DNA from: Pelagibacteraceae bacterium AG-390-A23
GTDB taxonomy: Bacteria > Pseudomonadota > Alphaproteobacteria > Pelagibacterales > Pelagibacteraceae
Reading direction: 5' to 3'
NCBI GenBank assembly: GCA_003279775.1
Contig: QCGW01000001.1
Span: 34,712-98,711 of the forward strand
DNA: 64,000 nt
The first letter of the stretch is position 1. Each line of letters starts with the position of its first letter. The position numbers were made by a program, and so were the translations under genes. Shown in pieces: positions 40,624 to 51,153 of this stretch. The notes under the pieces are model-generated. The model had not been told where the DNA came from, did no database searches, and saw nothing but the letters and a program-made list of their open reading frames with translations.

Positions 40624-41508
40624 ATGTATTTTTGTTTAATCTATAATCTCAATTCTTCTTCAGGAAGAAAATCAAAGTTCATAAATAAAATATTATCAAA
40701 ATTAAAAGAAAGTAATTCAGTGGACTACTTCGAGACTAAAACAGTAGATCAAGCCAAAAAAATTTTAGAGGATTTTAGTCAAAAAAATTATGATCGACTA
40801 ATAATAGCTGGTGGTGATGGATCTGTTTCTTTTGCAATTAATGAACTAATTAAAAATGATTTTAAATTTAAAGAAGATTTTGCGATAGGTTATATTCCTG
40901 CTGGTACTGCTAATTTACTTCAGGCTGAATTATCAATGAATAAGAAGGTTGATGACATAGTAAATGTATTAATTTCAAATAATTATAAGCCTTCAAGCCT
41001 TGTAAAAATTAATGAAAATTACTTCCTTTTAATGGCAGGTATAGGATGGGATGCAAAAATTGTTCATTCAATTAATTCAAAAATAAAAAAGATTCTTGGT
41101 AAAATTATTTTTGGAATTAAAGGTTTTCAATATTTTATATTAATGAATAATAAAAAATTGAACGTTACCTTTGATGGAAAATTTTATCAAGCAGACTGGA
41201 TTTTATCCTCAAACACTAAATATTATGCTGGACATCATATAATCAACAATACAAATATTTTTGAAAATGAATTGGTAACCTATATATTCAAAGATCTAAC
41301 AAGATTAGGTTTGTTATATTCTATTTTTTTAATAATTATTAATGGCGACTTAAGTAAAAATAAGAATGTGATAACAACTTATTCTAAAAATATCACTATA
41401 AAAGGAAATGATTTAGTTCCGGTACAAATTGATGGAGATAATTTTGGTTTGCATAAAAGAATTCATTTAAATCTCTCAAATAAAAAAGTTAATTTTCTTA
41501 TTCAATGA
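40624..41508 (+). CDS. Diacylglycerol kinase family lipid kinase (YegS/DagK)
   Basis: NLNSSSG, AGGDGS, PAGTANL, GIGWDA, QIDGD. Confidence 0.88.
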   Translation: MYFCLIYNLNSSSGRKSKFINKILSKLKESNSVDYFETKTVDQAKKILEDFSQKNYDRLIIAGGDGSVSFAINELIKNDFKFKEDFAIGYIPAGTANLLQAELSMNKKVDDIVNVLISNNYKPSSLVKINENYFLLMAGIGWDAKIVHSINSKIKKILGKIIFGIKGFQYFILMNNKKLNVTFDGKFYQADWILSSNTKYYAGHHIINNTNIFENELVTYIFKDLTRLGLLYSIFLIIINGDLSKNKNVITTYSKNITIKGNDLVPVQIDGDNFGLHKRIHLNLSNKKVNFLIQ

Positions 41509-41601
41509 ATATAATCTTTATAATTTTAATTAATACATTATAAAAATCGTCAGATCCAGAAACTTGATTCAATGTAGCTAAGTAATAGGATTTTGTAGGA
41601 T

Positions 41602-41626
41602 AACTAGAGACAAACTAGAGACAAAT
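41602..41626 (+). repeat. Arm-type tandem repeat, right copy
   Basis: Identical to 38643-38667, same orientation. Confidence 0.85.
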
Positions 41627-41697
41627 TAAACTTTTCAAAAAAAAATATCCTGTTTTTTTGTTGAATTTTAATATTTTACTTATAAAACCTTGCTCAC

Positions 41698-41787
41698 GGA
41701 GAGATGGCTGAGCGGTTGAAAGCACCGGTCTTGAAAACCGGCAAAGGGGCAACTCTTTCCTGGGTTCGAATCCCAGTCTCTCCGCCA
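41698..41787 (+). tRNA. tRNA-Ser (TGA), intact
   Basis: GGAGAGATGG...CTTGAAA...long variable arm...GGTTCGAATCC...TCTCTCCGCCA. Confidence 0.96.
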
Positions 41788-42051
41788 TCATTTTTGTGTA
41801 TATTTAAAATTTTTATATAATAAATTGATATTATTATTTTCAAATTCAAAATCGGTTTTAAAACCATTGTAAAAATTATACAAATTAGTGTCATCAATAT
41901 TCAGTAGTTTTTCTAAATCAAGAAGATCATTTTCATTTAAATTATTTATATATTTTTTTGTAAATGTTCCCAAAAGATTATCCATTTCTTTTGTGCCTCT
42001 ATAATTAGATCGGTAAATAATCTTTTTTTTTAATTCATCTATATTGATCAT
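41788..42051 (-). CDS. sdhE: Succinate dehydrogenase assembly factor SdhE
   Basis: YRSNYRGTKEMD motif; divergent from recG. Confidence 0.88.
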   Translation of the reverse strand: MINIDELKKKIIYRSNYRGTKEMDNLLGTFTKKYINNLNENDLLDLEKLLNIDDTNLYNFYNGFKTDFEFENNNINLLYKNFKYTQK

Positions 42052-42076
42052 AATAATTAGAATATATTAGTAGTTA

Positions 42077-44128
42077 ATGAATAATAAAACAAATTATGAA
42101 TATTTATTGTCAGATTTAAGTTCTTTAAAAGGTGTAGGAACTAAAACAAAAAATTTATTAAAGAAGAAAAATATTAATAATTTATTTGATTTACTATGGA
42201 AACTTCCAAAATCTTATACAGATAGAAGTTTGTCATCAAAAATAAAAGATTTAAAAATTGGTGAAATACAAACAGTAACTATAATTCCTCAAAAGTATAA
42301 CTTTCCGCGTATAAGGAAATTACCAAATAGAGTTTTATGTAGTGATGAAACTGGTGAAATAGATTGTATTTTTTTTAATAGTTATGAAGGATACATAAAA
42401 AAAATACTTCCATTGGGGAAAGAAATTACTGTTAGTGGTAAAATAGGTCATTTTAGGAATAAATACCAAATTACAAATCCAAAATATGTTTCTGAGGATT
42501 CTTCTTTAATCAAGCAAACTCATAATAAATACTCATTAACCGAAGGTATTTCTGAAAAAATATATAATAAAATCTTAAATCAAATAATCAATAATTTGCC
42601 AGTTTTTAATGAATGGCACTCTAAAAGTATTTTATCTAAATTTAAAAATATAAGTTGGAATAGTTCAATTAAAGAACTGCACAAACCTAAAAATATTGGA
42701 AATTATAAATCAAATTTCTATCAAAGACTTGCTTTTGATGAAATATTTTCAACATTTCTTGTTAATTCTGAAATTAGAAAAAAAATAAGAAAAATAAAAA
42801 AAAAAAATAAAGTTATTAATTTAAATAAACAAAATTCTATAATTAATAAATTAGATTTTTCTCTTACTGATGATCAACAAAAATCACTTAACGAAATAAA
42901 CAAAGACTTAAGTTCACCAAATAAAATGTTTAGACTTTTGCAGGGAGATGTTGGTAGTGGAAAAACAATAGTGTCTCTTTTAGCGGGAATAAATAGTATA
43001 AATTCTGGTTTCCAGGTTGCTTTTATGGCTCCTACGGAAATTCTAGCAAGACAACATTTTAATCTAGCAAAAAAATTATTTCCTAAAACTATAAATATAG
43101 CTCTTATTTCTGGAAAATCAGAATACAAGGTAAAAAAAGAAATACTTCAAAGATTAGAAAATAATAAAATTGATATTATTTTTGGTACACATGCTATTTT
43201 TCAAAAAAAAGTAATTTTTAGAAAATTAGGATTAATAATTATAGATGAACAACATAAGTTTGGAGTGAACCAAAGAAAAAAATTGTCGGATAAAGGTGGA
43301 TCAAATTGTGATGTATTATTAATGACAGCAACACCTATACCTAGAACTCTAACAATGACAATCTATGGTGATATGGATATTTCAATAATTAGAGAAAAAC
43401 CTAAAAATAGAAAACCAATTAAAACATATAGTAAATTAGAGGTTAAAATTGAAGATGTTTTAAAATTTATAAAAAAAGAAATTAACTTAGGAAATCAAAT
43501 TTTTTGGGTTTGTCCATTAATTGAAGAATCTAAAAAATTGGATCACTCATCAGCTGTAAAAAAATATAAATATTTAGAAAGCAAGTTTCCAAATCAAGTT
43601 TGTTTGCTTCATGGAAAAACTGATGTAGATGAAAAAAATGAAATACTAGACAATTTTTTAAATAATAAATTTAAGATTTTAGTTTCTACAACGATTATTG
43701 AGGTTGGGATAGATTTTCCAAATGCAAATACGATTATAATTGAAAATGCTAACAAATTTGGTTTATCTCAACTTCATCAATTAAGAGGTAGAGTTGGTCG
43801 TGGAGATAAAGACTCTACATGTATATTAATGTTTAAATCAAATCTAAGCGAAAATGCAAAAAAAAGAATAAAAATTTTAAAAGACACTAATGATGGTTTC
43901 ATAATATCTGAGGAAGATATGAAGTTACGAGGGTTTGGGGATATTTTGGGATTTAAACAAAGTGGTATAAAAAATTTTAAGTTAGCAGATCCAATTCAGA
44001 ATAGTGATCTTTTCTTATTAGCTGAAAAGGAAATGAGAAGAATAGAAAAATCAAATGAAGATATAAGTAAATTCAAACCTTTGATAAAATTGTACGATAG
44101 AGCTGATATAATAAATGATATTGCTTAA
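42077..44128 (+). CDS. recG: ATP-dependent DNA helicase RecG
   Basis: QGDVGSGKT, DEQH, TATPIPR, QLRGRVGRG. Confidence 0.96.
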   Translation: MNNKTNYEYLLSDLSSLKGVGTKTKNLLKKKNINNLFDLLWKLPKSYTDRSLSSKIKDLKIGEIQTVTIIPQKYNFPRIRKLPNRVLCSDETGEIDCIFFNSYEGYIKKILPLGKEITVSGKIGHFRNKYQITNPKYVSEDSSLIKQTHNKYSLTEGISEKIYNKILNQIINNLPVFNEWHSKSILSKFKNISWNSSIKELHKPKNIGNYKSNFYQRLAFDEIFSTFLVNSEIRKKIRKIKKKNKVINLNKQNSIINKLDFSLTDDQQKSLNEINKDLSSPNKMFRLLQGDVGSGKTIVSLLAGINSINSGFQVAFMAPTEILARQHFNLAKKLFPKTINIALISGKSEYKVKKEILQRLENNKIDIIFGTHAIFQKKVIFRKLGLIIIDEQHKFGVNQRKKLSDKGGSNCDVLLMTATPIPRTLTMTIYGDMDISIIREKPKNRKPIKTYSKLEVKIEDVLKFIKKEINLGNQIFWVCPLIEESKKLDHSSAVKKYKYLESKFPNQVCLLHGKTDVDEKNEILDNFLNNKFKILVSTTIIEVGIDFPNANTIIIENANKFGLSQLHQLRGRVGRGDKDSTCILMFKSNLSENAKKRIKILKDTNDGFIISEEDMKLRGFGDILGFKQSGIKNFKLADPIQNSDLFLLAEKEMRRIEKSNEDISKFKPLIKLYDRADIINDIA

Positions 44129-44742
44129 GTTTTTTTGGTAGAGGTTCCTGCCGAAACTATAAATTTAGATGCTTCTTCAAAAGACATATTTAAATATATA
44201 ACATCTTCTATTGGGAACATTAATAAAAAACCACTAGTAGGATTTGGAGTTGTTGGTACAAAGACATTAATTAAATTCTTACCAGTTTTTTGTGCCATCT
44301 CTCCTTTATTTTCTTTTGTAGCAAAACCAACGGCCCAAACTCCTTTTCTTGGATATTCAATCAATACAACGCTTCTTTTTCCATCATCTTTTTTAGAAAA
44401 AGTTTCTGTCATTTGAACAATTGCAGAATAAACTGTTCTTAAAAATGGAATTCGTTTAAACAAATCATCAATTAATTTAAGTATTCTTCTTCCAAAAAAT
44501 GACAATGAAAGTCCACCTACAATAGTTATAAGTAAAATTGAAATAACAATTTCAACACCAGGTATATTAAAAGGTAAATAACTATTAGGATTTATATTTT
44601 TTGGTATTAAATTAGATGAGATGCCAATTAAAATCTTTGTAAGATATAAGGTAAAACCTATTGGTATTAAAACAACTACTCCAGCAATAAAGTAATTTCT
44701 CAAGGTTAATGAAAAAGATTTTTTTGACCCTTTTTTCGACAT
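44125..44742 (-). CDS. DUF502 membrane protein
   Basis: RIPFLRTVY, EYPRKG, VPTTPNPTSGF. Confidence 0.88.
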   Translation of the reverse strand: MSKKGSKKSFSLTLRNYFIAGVVVLIPIGFTLYLTKILIGISSNLIPKNINPNSYLPFNIPGVEIVISILLITIVGGLSLSFFGRRILKLIDDLFKRIPFLRTVYSAIVQMTETFSKKDDGKRSVVLIEYPRKGVWAVGFATKENKGEMAQKTGKNLINVFVPTTPNPTSGFLLMFPIEDVIYLNMSFEEASKFIVSAGTSTKKT

Positions 44743-44859
44743 ATTTTCAATTAACTATAACTAGCATAGACAACAAAAACAATTGCAATGATAAATAATA
44801 CAATTAAAATTTTGTTATTAAGATTCATGTTAAATTATTATTATCAATTTTAGTTACTT

Positions 44860-45687
44860 ATGGATAGAAGAAAATTTTTGACTTATGTTGGTTGTGGATG
44901 TGGAAGTCTTCTTTTGCATTCTTGCTCTACCGCACCAATAACCGACAGAAAACAATTAAAAATTATACCTGAAGCAAAATTAAATGCTCAAGCTGCGCAA
45001 ATTTACGAAAAAGTCAAAGAAAAAGAAAAGATGAGTAATGATACAAAAACATTAAATGAAATCAAAGATATTGGAAAAAGAATGGAAGATTCGATTAGCG
45101 AATATTTTTATAGAGCAAACTTAAATGATCCAACAGCAAATTTTGATTGGGAATATATTTTAATTGATAATAAAAAAGTTAGAAATGCATGGTGCATGCC
45201 TGGAGGTAAAATTGCTGTTTATACAGGTATACTTGATGTAACAAAAAATAAAAATGGTTTAGCTGCAATTATGGGTCATGAAGTTGCTCATGCAGTTGCA
45301 AAACATTCAGTTGAAAGAGCAAGTCGAGGTGTTTTATTAAATACTGGAGCAAGAATTATAGATATTGCAAGTGGCGGTGTTTTATCTGATATAAACAGAA
45401 GCACCGGAATGGATACAGTAGGATTATTAGCTCAACTAGGAATAATGAATCCATTTAATAGAAAGCAGGAGAGCGAAGCTGATTATCTAGGAATGATTTT
45501 TTCTTCTTTATCAGGTTATGATATTAGAGAAACAGTAAAAATCTGGGAAAGAATGAAAGAAGCAAATAAGGGTAAAGAACCACCAGAATTTATGAGCACC
45601 CATCCTTCTTCTGATACTCGTATTAAACAATTAAATGAATGGATGAATGAGGTAATGTTGGATTATCCGCCAATCAATCTAAGCTAA
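44860..45687 (+). CDS. M48 family zinc metallopeptidase, Tat-signal lipoprotein
   Basis: MDRRKFL, LHSC, NAWCMPGG, HEVAH, ESEAD, STHPS. Confidence 0.9.
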   Translation: MDRRKFLTYVGCGCGSLLLHSCSTAPITDRKQLKIIPEAKLNAQAAQIYEKVKEKEKMSNDTKTLNEIKDIGKRMEDSISEYFYRANLNDPTANFDWEYILIDNKKVRNAWCMPGGKIAVYTGILDVTKNKNGLAAIMGHEVAHAVAKHSVERASRGVLLNTGARIIDIASGGVLSDINRSTGMDTVGLLAQLGIMNPFNRKQESEADYLGMIFSSLSGYDIRETVKIWERMKEANKGKEPPEFMSTHPSSDTRIKQLNEWMNEVMLDYPPINLS

Positions 45688-45702
45688 GCTAATTGAATTA
45701 AG

Positions 45703-45778
<76 letters not shown>

Positions 45779-45862
45779 CCAAATTATTCAAATTGAATAA
45801 TTGTTATATACAGAATTATTATTTTTTTTCAAATGTCAATTTTAACTAAATCTGTATACGTT

Positions 45863-46975
45863 CTACAACTTATCAATGTATTTATCGTGAAATTGATCAA
45901 AAGTACCGTCATTAATATTTTTTCTGATCAAAGTCATTAATTGTTGATAAAAATTAATATTATGTAGAGTGAGTAACATTGAAGCTAAAATTTCATTTGT
46001 ATTAAATAAGTGATTTAAATAGTTTTTTGAATATTTATTTAAATTAAGATTTTCACAATTAGGATCTAAAGGAGTGTTATCATTTTGATATTTATTATTT
46101 TTAATATTAATTCTTCCTTGCCAAGTAAAAGCTAAACCTGTTCGTCCTGATCTAGTTGGTAAAACACAATCAAACATATCTATACCTCTTTTTACAGCAC
46201 CCAAAATATCAGATGGTGTTCCAACACCCATTAAATAATGCGGCTTTTCAATAGGTAAATACTCCTTAATATCATCTAGAACATTAAACATTTCATTTTG
46301 TGTCTCACCTACTGCTAATCCACCAATTGCATAACCATCAAAACCAATTTTAACTAATTCTTCAAGTGATTTGAGTCTTAAATCTTTAAATAGACCTCCT
46401 TGAACAATTCCAAATAAAGCTTTTTGAGGATTATTCCCAAAAGCTACTTTAGATCTTTTGGCCCAGTAAAGTGATAAATCCATTGATTTTTTGATTAGAT
46501 TATAATCATTAGTTTTTTTGGGGCATTCATCCATAATCATTACAATATCTGAATTTAAACCCAGCTGTATTCTGATGCTCTCCTCGGGACTTAAATAAAA
46601 TTTTTTACCATCAACATGAGAGTTAAATATTGCGCCTTTCTCCCTATCAATTTTATTTAATTTTGAAAGAGACATTACTTGAAAACCACCAGAGTCAGTT
46701 AAAATAGGTAAATCACAATTCATAAAATTATGAAGTCCACCGGCAGACTCAATTCTTTCAACACCTGGACGTATCATTAGGTGATAAGTATTTGAAAGTA
46801 TTATTTCTGAACCAGTTTTTTTTATATCGTCTATTGTACAAGCCTTTACTGTGGCTTGAGTTCCAACAGGCATAAAGGCAGGTGTTTGAATATTACCACG
46901 ATGTGTTTCAATCAAACCACACCTAGCAAATTTATCTTTTTTTAAAACGTTAAAGGCAAATTTTTTTAATGCCAT
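45863..46975 (-). CDS. tgt: Queuine tRNA-ribosyltransferase
   Basis: FMPVGT, TDSGGFQV, GIVQGG, MGVG, DMFDCV. Confidence 0.96.
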   Translation of the reverse strand: MALKKFAFNVLKKDKFARCGLIETHRGNIQTPAFMPVGTQATVKACTIDDIKKTGSEIILSNTYHLMIRPGVERIESAGGLHNFMNCDLPILTDSGGFQVMSLSKLNKIDREKGAIFNSHVDGKKFYLSPEESIRIQLGLNSDIVMIMDECPKKTNDYNLIKKSMDLSLYWAKRSKVAFGNNPQKALFGIVQGGLFKDLRLKSLEELVKIGFDGYAIGGLAVGETQNEMFNVLDDIKEYLPIEKPHYLMGVGTPSDILGAVKRGIDMFDCVLPTRSGRTGLAFTWQGRINIKNNKYQNDNTPLDPNCENLNLNKYSKNYLNHLFNTNEILASMLLTLHNINFYQQLMTLIRKNINDGTFDQFHDKYIDKL

Positions 46976-46983
46976 TAAAAAAT

Positions 46984-47544
46984 TTATTGAGATTTAAAAC
47001 TAATAATTTTATCTGGATCGGTTACAGCACCGTTATTGTTTTGATCGCCTCTTTTTATTTTATCAACAAATTCCATTCCCTCGATCACTTTTCCAAAAAC
47101 TGTATATTGACGATCTAAAAAAGGAGCTGCCTGAAAACAAATAAAAAATTGACTATTTGCACTATTTGGATCTTGAGCTCTCGCCATTGATAAAGTTCCT
47201 CTATCATGTGGTAGACTGTTGAATTCTTGCTCTAAGTCAGGAAAATCTGATCCACCCATTCCAGCTCTTCTAAGATCAAAATCATTTGACTCTGAATTTC
47301 CAAATTTAACATCCCCTGTTTGAGCCATAAATCCATCTATAACTCTATGAAAAACAACGTTATCGTATTTACCACTATTTGCTAATTCCTTAATTCTTTT
47401 AACATGGTTTGGAGCAACATCCTCAAACAATTCAATTTTAACGTCACCATCTTTTAATTTTAATATCATTATATTCTCCTCAGCTATTGATTGATTAGTA
47501 ATAAAAAAAAGTAAAATAAGTATTTTAATAAAAATTTTATTCAT
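46984..47544 (-). CDS. Periplasmic cyclophilin-type peptidyl-prolyl isomerase
   Basis: FHRVIDGFMAQTGD, SMAR, SANSQFFI, YTVFGKV. Confidence 0.93.
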   Translation of the reverse strand: MNKIFIKILILLFFITNQSIAEENIMILKLKDGDVKIELFEDVAPNHVKRIKELANSGKYDNVVFHRVIDGFMAQTGDVKFGNSESNDFDLRRAGMGGSDFPDLEQEFNSLPHDRGTLSMARAQDPNSANSQFFICFQAAPFLDRQYTVFGKVIEGMEFVDKIKRGDQNNNGAVTDPDKIISFKSQ

Positions 47545-48031
47545 ATTTATCTTTTAAAGACTTGATTGTACTTTTGGTAGTAAATTTTTTAATATCACCT
47601 TTTAATTTAACAATCTCTTTTACAAATTTAGATGAAATAATTTGATTTTCTAAATCAGACATTAAAAAAATTGTTTCAATATTTTGGTTCAATTTTCTGT
47701 TCATGCCAGCTAATTGAAATTCATATTCAAAATCAGATACAGCTCTCAATCCTCTTAAAATTATGTTTGATTTGTATTTTTTACATAAATCAGTGGTTAA
47801 AGAGCCAAATGATACTACTATTATTTTTTTTCTATTTAGCTTTAGATCTTTAAATAAAGCTTTATTTACTATTTCTATTCTTTCTTCAGAACTAAATAAA
47901 TAATTTTTGTTACTTTCATCTGAGACACCCACTACTATTTTATCAAATAATTTTAATGATTTTTTTATTACATCTATATGTCCGAAAGTAATTGGATCAA
48001 ATGTTCCGGGATAAATTGCAATTTTACTCAT
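47537..48031 (-). CDS. coaD: Phosphopantetheine adenylyltransferase
   Basis: YPGTFDPIT.GH, RGLRAVSDFEYE, ISS. Confidence 0.96.
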   Translation of the reverse strand: MSKIAIYPGTFDPITFGHIDVIKKSLKLFDKIVVGVSDESNKNYLFSSEERIEIVNKALFKDLKLNRKKIIVVSFGSLTTDLCKKYKSNIILRGLRAVSDFEYEFQLAGMNRKLNQNIETIFLMSDLENQIISSKFVKEIVKLKGDIKKFTTKSTIKSLKDKYE

Positions 48032-50610
48032 TAAATTAAATTATCATCAATTTTAATAGCTGAAACAACTTTTTCTTCTCCTGATAACTTAATTATTCTA
48101 ACCCCTTGGGTATTTCTTCCTGCAGTTCTAATTTCTTTAACAGCTACTCTAATAACCCTTCCTTTATTAGTAGAAATTAAAATTTCATCGCCATCATAAA
48201 CTGGAAATGATGAAGTGATATTTCCATTTCTTGGTGAATTTACTATTCCTATAATTCCTTTACCACCTCTGTTAGTAACTCTGTAATCAATATGAGAAGT
48301 CTTTTTTCCATAACCATTTTCACTTATTGATAAAACAAATTTCTCTTTAGCTCTTAATTCAGATTTTTCGTCTTTTGATTTTTTTTCATTTTTATTAATT
48401 TTATCGTTATCAATAACTGACAAAGATACTATTTGATCATTTGGTGCTAGCTCTATTCCCTTAATTCCTTTAGAGGATCTGCCTTTAAAAACTCTCAACT
48501 TTTTGGCCTCAAATCTAATACATTTTCCAAATTTTGTGCTTAAAATTACATCCTGATCATCTTTACAAATTTTAACACCTACGATTTTATCATTGTTATC
48601 TAGTTTCATCGCAATTTTTCCAGATGAATTAATTGAAGAAAAGTCTTCTAAACTATTTTTTCTTACTTTGCCTTGAGCAGTAGCAAATATAATTTGATAA
48701 TTTTTTAAATCAGTTTCATCTTCTGGCATTGGCATAATTGAGCTTATTGCTTGGTGACTCTTTAAAGGTAGAATATTAAATAAAGACTTACCTTTAGATG
48801 ATGATGAGCCCTCTGGTATTTTCCATGCTTTAATCTTGTAAACTAAACCCTCGGTAGAAAAGAAGAGTACTGAAGTATGAGTATTTACGGATAATGTTTG
48901 AACAACAGAGTCTTGATCTCTAGTTGTTATGCCTGATTTTCCCTTACCACCTCTTTTTTGTTTTTTTACTCCATCTAAGGAACCTCTTTTTATGTACCCT
49001 TGTAATGTAACTGTAATTATTACCGATTGTTTTTGGATAGTTTCTTCAATATCATAATTTAAAACAGCATCTATAATTTTAGTTCTTCTTGGAATAGCAA
49101 ATTTCTCTTTAATATTTTTTAACTCTTCACTGATTACTTTTAAAAGTTCTTTTTTTGATGAAATAATCTTTTTATATTTAGTGATTAATTCAGCTAGTTT
49201 TTTAATTTCAACTTCGATTTCATTTATTCCTAATGCAGTTAATTTTTGAAGTCTTAATTCTAAAATAGCTAAAACTTGTGGTTCAGATAAAGAATAAAGA
49301 TTTTTGCCCTTTTTTCCCTCCACTAAAAAAATTAATTTTTGTGATTTATTTATTTTCCATTTGGTTTTTAAAATTGATACTTTAGCATCATCTGGTGTTT
49401 TAGATGATCGAATAATTTTTATAATTTTATCCAAATTTTCAACTGAAACTGATAATCCTATTAGAATATGAGCACGTTCCTCTGCTTTTTGAAGATCAAA
49501 TTTAGTTTTCTTGATAACTACATCTTCTCTAAAAGTTAAAAAATTGGATAAAAAATCTTTTAGTGTGCAAGTTTGAGGTTTTCCTTCAACAATCGCTAAA
49601 GTATTAAAACCAAATGAACTCTCTATCTGAGTATTTTTATATAATTGTCTCTTTATGGTTTCTGGTTCTACACCATTTCTTAAATCTATTGCTACCCTAA
49701 TACCTTCTCTGTTAGACTCGTCTCTAATATCTCTTATTCCTTCAATCTTTTTTTCTCTTACTAATTGAGCAATCCTTTCATTTAAAACTGATTTGTTAAC
49801 TTGATAAGGTATAGAAGTTATTACAAGTCTTTCACGCCCATTTTTTTGTTGTTCAATTGAGATTTCACCTCTAATCTTAAATGATCCTCTTCCATTGTTA
49901 TATCCTTGTTTAATTATATCTTTACCTATAATTACACCGCCAGTTGGAAAATCTGGACCAGGTATATGTTTCATCAATTCTTTAATTTTAATATCTTTGT
50001 TATTAATTAGAGCCAAAGTGCCATCTATAATTTCACCCAAATTGTGAGGCGGTATACTTGTTGCCATACCTACAGCAATACCACCAGCTCCATTTACTAA
50101 TAAATTTGGAAATTGAGATGGTAAAACACTAGGTTCTTTCTCTGTTTCATCGTAATTGCTTTTGAATGAAATTGTGTTTTTTTCTATATCATCAATTAAG
50201 TATTGAGAAACTTTTGATAAACGAGTTTCAGTGTACCTCATTGCTGCAGCAGGATCGCCATCTATAGATCCAAAATTTCCTTGGCCTTGAATTAACGGTA
50301 AGCTCATAGAGAAATCTTGTACCATTCTAACTAAAGCATCGTAAACAGACTGATCTCCATGGGGATGATATTTACCAATAACATCTCCAACTATTCTTGC
50401 AGATTTTCTAAATTGTTTAGACCAATCATATCCGCCCTTGTACATTGCATATAAAATTCTTCTATGAACTGGCTTTAATCCATCTCTTACATCAGGAAGA
50501 GCACGACTAACAATTACACTCATTGCATAAGAAAGATATGATGAGCTCATCTCATCATGCATTGAGATTAATTTTATATTTTTATCTTTTAACTCTTCAG
50601 TATTTTTCAT
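48031..50610 (-). CDS. gyrA: DNA gyrase subunit A
   Basis: [19 protein letters not shown], GyrA box QKRGGKG. Confidence 0.97.
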   Translation of the reverse strand: MKNTEELKDKNIKLISMHDEMSSSYLSYAMSVIVSRALPDVRDGLKPVHRRILYAMYKGGYDWSKQFRKSARIVGDVIGKYHPHGDQSVYDALVRMVQDFSMSLPLIQGQGNFGSIDGDPAAAMRYTETRLSKVSQYLIDDIEKNTISFKSNYDETEKEPSVLPSQFPNLLVNGAGGIAVGMATSIPPHNLGEIIDGTLALINNKDIKIKELMKHIPGPDFPTGGVIIGKDIIKQGYNNGRGSFKIRGEISIEQQKNGRERLVITSIPYQVNKSVLNERIAQLVREKKIEGIRDIRDESNREGIRVAIDLRNGVEPETIKRQLYKNTQIESSFGFNTLAIVEGKPQTCTLKDFLSNFLTFREDVVIKKTKFDLQKAEERAHILIGLSVSVENLDKIIKIIRSSKTPDDAKVSILKTKWKINKSQKLIFLVEGKKGKNLYSLSEPQVLAILELRLQKLTALGINEIEVEIKKLAELITKYKKIISSKKELLKVISEELKNIKEKFAIPRRTKIIDAVLNYDIEETIQKQSVIITVTLQGYIKRGSLDGVKKQKRGGKGKSGITTRDQDSVVQTLSVNTHTSVLFFSTEGLVYKIKAWKIPEGSSSSKGKSLFNILPLKSHQAISSIMPMPEDETDLKNYQIIFATAQGKVRKNSLEDFSSINSSGKIAMKLDNNDKIVGVKICKDDQDVILSTKFGKCIRFEAKKLRVFKGRSSKGIKGIELAPNDQIVSLSVIDNDKINKNEKKSKDEKSELRAKEKFVLSISENGYGKKTSHIDYRVTNRGGKGIIGIVNSPRNGNITSSFPVYDGDEILISTNKGRVIRVAVKEIRTAGRNTQGVRIIKLSGEEKVVSAIKIDDNLI

Positions 50611-50615
50611 AGAAA

Positions 50616-51065
50616 TTAAAATGGAATTTCATCATCCATATCTGACACTTGAGAAGAATCCTCAATATTAGTTTGTTGAGTTGTGTCATTTTGAATTCCA
50701 CCACCAGAATTTCCACCACCCAACATTGTGAGTGAAGAATTATATCCCTGTATAACTATTTCAGTCGAGTATTTATCTTGTCCTGATTGCTCATCTTTCC
50801 ATTTTCTTGTTGTGAGTTGTCCCTCAATATAAACTTGAGCACCTTTTTTTAAATATTGTTGAACAACATTTACTAAACCTTCATTAAATACAACTACACG
50901 GTGCCACTCAGTTTTTTCTTTTTTTTCACCTGTGTTTTTATCTTTCCAGGATTGACTTGTTGCAAGACTTAATCTGGCTACACTTTTGCCATTTACCATT
51001 TGCTTAATTTCAGGATCTGCGCCCAAACGACCAATTAATAATACTTTATTTAAACTTCCAGCCAT
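50616..51065 (-). CDS. ssb: Single-stranded DNA-binding protein
   Basis: NKVLLIG, TEWHRVV, C-terminal DDEIPF. Confidence 0.97.
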   Translation of the reverse strand: MAGSLNKVLLIGRLGADPEIKQMVNGKSVARLSLATSQSWKDKNTGEKKEKTEWHRVVVFNEGLVNVVQQYLKKGAQVYIEGQLTTRKWKDEQSGQDKYSTEIVIQGYNSSLTMLGGGNSGGGIQNDTTQQTNIEDSSQVSDMDDEIPF

Positions 51066-51153
51066 AATATTTAATATTTGTTAAATTAGTTAATTAGAAT
51101 TATATCACAATTCTTCTGAATATTAATTTTATTAACTCAAAGCAACTAAAATT

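Larger units (their letters stand above)
38527..41736. mobile_element. 3,210 bp integrase-less genomic islet in tRNA-Ser carrying lipid remodelling genes
   Basis: Bounded by the 57 bp direct repeat; identical 25 bp arm-like repeats near both ends; IHF site. Confidence 0.85.

Noticed and set aside
41694-41897. 67 aa ORF
   Set aside because: Antisense to tRNA-Ser and out of frame within sdhE.
51066-51153. LexA box between ssb and uvrA
   Set aside because: No GTTC-N7-GTTC or GAAC-N7-GAAC repeat is visible.
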